From Methanomicrobiales archaeon (GTDB taxonomy: Archaea; Halobacteriota; Methanomicrobia; Methanomicrobiales; JACTUA01), in assembly GCA_029907705.1 (NCBI GenBank), contig JARYLJ010000004.1, forward strand, positions 4,893 through 68,892: a stretch of 64,000 nt of DNA, read 5' to 3'. The first letter of the stretch is position 1. Every line of letters starts with the position of its first letter. Under the pieces are notes generated by a model. It made no database searches. It was not told the DNA's origin and saw nothing but the letters and a program-made list of their open reading frames with translations. The position numbers and the translations under genes were made by a program. This document shows positions 61,386 to 64,000 of the stretch, in pieces.

Positions 61386-62729
61386 TCAAATTCCTTTCTC
61401 TTCCCCCCTCTCACCCGGGAAGAAGACCTCAGAGCCACGCTGAACGAGGAGATTGTACGCATCCTCCGCTTTGTTGAACCTCACCAGCACCCCCCTGAAG
61501 CCGAGCAATTCGCCGTAAGAGGCCTTCAGAAGCGCCAGATTGGTATCGCTCTCGTGAAAACCGGGCATGATGGCAAATACCGGCTTCACCGAGGTGCCAT
61601 CGCAGATGAGGAAGACATGGTGCCCTGCGTCCCCGAGGTCGTTGCTCATCAGCGAGGCAATCACGTTGATCCGTCGGCCGACGTGGCGCCCCAGCACGGA
61701 GAGGGGGGCGTACTTCGCGCCTTTCGGCAGGATGAACCGGACTTTCTTCTGCCCGTCCCTTCGAATCAGGGCATAGGAGAACTTGAGATCCGTATTGATG
61801 TATCTGAATGCATCCGGGGCACGCCCGAGAGCGTCCATTAGCGACGTCCTTCTGATCTCAGGAAGGGTCATGAAACTCCAGCAGCGCTCCACTCGGCAGC
61901 CCCGCCCCCAGGGGAAGGAGCAGGGCCCGTAGATATTCAGCCCCGTTCCTGAAGTCACTTCACGCACAATCGTTCTGAGCATCGCAGAGTTCTCCAGGTC
62001 CGCAGGTTCGAGGATGGCGATCGTTCCATGCCGATCGAGGAGTTCCGCATAGGCGTTCACCACGGATGCCCTCTCCTTCGTGGATGGAAGGTCCAGCTCG
62101 TTCAGCACATTTGAAAAGACGATGAGATCCAGCCCTTCGGGTATACGGTCCGTAGATGGACGGGTCAGATCCGCTTCGATGGGCGGCATGACCAGGAGGT
62201 TGTCGGAACCGGCAGTATAAGGCGGGAGAATCGATCTGAAGGCCTCGATATGCTCCCTCTCCCTCTCCACGGAGAAGATCTTCGCACTTCCCCGCCCCAG
62301 TGCACGCATGAAATCGCAGATCGCGAGTGGAACGACACCAGGTCCGGTACCGACATCGAGAACCACCATGTCCTCCGGGAGCAGCCCTTCCATGGTCATG
62401 TACCCCATCAGCCATCGGAACTGCGCATAATAGACCGGCACATGGTAGGCAAGATATGCGATGACCCGGTAACCGCTCGCATAAAGGCCGCTCCCCGTAC
62501 CCCTGCCCTTCCAGTAGTCCGCTTTCAGATCGCGAATCGCCGCCCTGATCCGTTCCAGTATGATCGCATCGTCCCACGGTTTTCCAACCTTTTTCGAGAT
62601 GTAATGTTCGATGCCTCTCTCCAGTGGAGCAGGGAAAAATGGTAGTCGGGCGTATTCGGCGAGCCTCCCCCTCTCCATGGGTGAGAGTACTATCCCGGGC
62701 CTTTCAGCGTTCATGCAATCCCCCGGCAT
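61386..62729 (-). CDS. Class I SAM-dependent methyltransferase (Rsm22-like)
   Basis: AYLAYH.P, VLDVGTGPG, DLIVFSNVLNEL, ILEPA, PC....C....CWSF, KFSY. Confidence 0.8.
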   Translation of the reverse strand: MPGDCMNAERPGIVLSPMERGRLAEYARLPFFPAPLERGIEHYISKKVGKPWDDAIILERIRAAIRDLKADYWKGRGTGSGLYASGYRVIAYLAYHVPVYYAQFRWLMGYMTMEGLLPEDMVVLDVGTGPGVVPLAICDFMRALGRGSAKIFSVEREREHIEAFRSILPPYTAGSDNLLVMPPIEADLTRPSTDRIPEGLDLIVFSNVLNELDLPSTKERASVVNAYAELLDRHGTIAILEPADLENSAMLRTIVREVTSGTGLNIYGPCSFPWGRGCRVERCWSFMTLPEIRRTSLMDALGRAPDAFRYINTDLKFSYALIRRDGQKKVRFILPKGAKYAPLSVLGRHVGRRINVIASLMSNDLGDAGHHVFLICDGTSVKPVFAIMPGFHESDTNLALLKASYGELLGFRGVLVRFNKAEDAYNLLVQRGSEVFFPGERGEEKGI

Positions 62730-62986
62730 CCCTGTCCTTCCATCGATAATCCCCGACGGTCATGGATCCGGACCCCTATCTCCTGTTACGATGTTGTGAT
62801 CGCCACTCAATGAAGGTGCCGCAGGAGATCGATCGCACGATCTCTGTATATATATCCGAAAGGGGGCTGCTTTTTACGTGATCAAGGTCTCCTGCAGGCG
62901 CATCGTCACCGGACAATCGAACCCACGACACGTATACTGCATGAAGACACATCCCTTTTTTACCATCGCAGGGAGGAAGGAAGATC

Positions 62987-64000
62987 ATGATACATCCGGA
63001 GAGGATCACGCCCCTGAACTCACTCGATTCGAAGGAGGGGAGGTATCTGCTCTACTGGATGCAGGCATCGCCCAGAACAGAATACAACGATGCCCTCGAA
63101 TACGCCATCGAAAGGGCGAATGCAAGAAGAAAACCCCTGGTTGCACTCTTCTGTCTGACACCGCGTTTCCCGCACGCGAACCTGAGGCATTACCGGTTTC
63201 TGCTCGAAGGTCTGCAGGAGACGGGCAGGCGGCTTCTGGAGCGCGGCGTTGCCTTCGTGCTGCGTATTTCCGTCTCCCCTCCTGCGGATGTGATCGCACT
63301 GGCGAAGGATGCGGAGATGGTGGTCACCGATGCGGGGTACCTGAAGGTACAGAGGGGATGGAGGGACGAGGTGAGGGCGCAGGTGAATGCGCCGTTCATC
63401 CAGGTGGAGAGTAATGTCATCGTGCCTGTCAGGAGCGCCTCGGGGAAGGAGGAATGGTCGGCGGCGACCCTCCGGAGAAGGATCCAGCCCTTTCTCCCGC
63501 GATATCTTGTGCCACCGGACGAGGGAGAGATGATCAGATCCATGCCGCATGATGATCTCGAGACAGAGGAGATCTCTTCGATCGACACGATCCTCGCGAA
63601 AATGGATATCGACCGGAGCGTGAAGCCGGTGGAGGGGCTAAAAGGAGGCACCACATCGGCAAGGCAGGAACTGGAGGCGTTCATTGGAGAGAGGCTGGAG
63701 ATGTATGCGGAGAGGAGAAACGATCCCACCGCCGATTCCCTCTCGAATATGAGTCCATATCTCCATTTCGGACAGATATCTCCGGTTTATATCGCGGGCA
63801 GGGTTCTCGAATCGGGGAAGAAGGGCGCGGAGGCATATCTGGAGGAGCTGATCGTGAGGAGGGAGCTCGCGGTCAACTTTGTATATTACAATGCTCGTTA
63901 CGATGAATTCGATTGCCTGCCCGAATGGGCGAAAAAGACACTGCTCCAGCATGCAATGGACAGGAGGCCATACATCTATGCGCTGGATGAACTGGACGCC
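62987..64000 (+). CDS. phrB: Class II CPD photolyase (partial, runs off the window end)
   Basis: Not in the ORF track. Manual translation from ATG 62987: MIHPERI..YLLYWMQASPRTEYNDALEYA..RHYRFLLEGL..SNMSPYLHFGQIS..YLEELIVRREL.VNF..LPEWA..TL..H. Confidence 0.92.
   Translation, partial: MIHPERITPLNSLDSKEGRYLLYWMQASPRTEYNDALEYAIERANARRKPLVALFCLTPRFPHANLRHYRFLLEGLQETGRRLLERGVAFVLRISVSPPADVIALAKDAEMVVTDAGYLKVQRGWRDEVRAQVNAPFIQVESNVIVPVRSASGKEEWSAATLRRRIQPFLPRYLVPPDEGEMIRSMPHDDLETEEISSIDTILAKMDIDRSVKPVEGLKGGTTSARQELEAFIGERLEMYAERRNDPTADSLSNMSPYLHFGQISPVYIAGRVLESGKKGAEAYLEELIVRRELAVNFVYYNARYDEFDCLPEWAKKTLLQHAMDRRPYIYALDELDA

Noticed and set aside
1-64000. CRISPR arrays, rRNA/tRNA genes, transposases or integrases
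   Set aside because: No regularly spaced repeats, RNA gene signatures, or DDE/tyrosine-recombinase motifs were recognised anywhere in the window.

Overview
Core-genome window of a hydrogenotrophic methanogenic archaeon. Gene content and order (fwdG-fwdF-hdrCBA-mvhD-fwdDBAC, mcrBDCGA, mtrEDCBA-F-[A/G fusion]-H) point to Methanomicrobiales, and the MtrE sequence suggests Methanoregulaceae. Left to right: housekeeping and repair genes (ogg-like, ahcY, hisF, pheT/pheS, trpS, endA, a ThiC/Bza-family gene, nfo). Next is a translationally coupled 8-gene minus-strand operon in which the 2-oxoacid elongation genes aksA/D/E/F are interleaved with four uncharacterised genes (methanogenesis marker 11, a BioB-related radical SAM, a stand-alone IorA-like TPP enzyme, a Cys-rich protein). 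This operon is my best candidate for an undescribed system: it may encode the missing late steps of coenzyme B biosynthesis. Then come ftr and the Hdr/Fwd/Mcr supercluster, and a ~10.5 kb minus-strand metal/Fe-S block between mcrA and mtrE (decayed Mrp and MCR component A2 copies, DUF134, DtxR-FeoB-FeoA with a perfect operator, two radical SAMs). The mtr operon carries an apparently identical 539-bp mtrA duplication and an Asp->Asn MtrE variant. The right end holds a TPR protein, a vWA-PP2C-kinase (TerY-P-like) triad with a beta-helix partner, a methyltransferase and a class II photolyase cut by the window end. No rRNA, tRNA, CRISPR array or transposase was recognised. All calls come from motif recognition by eye; no searches were run. 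Several start codons were moved downstream of the ORF-track starts.
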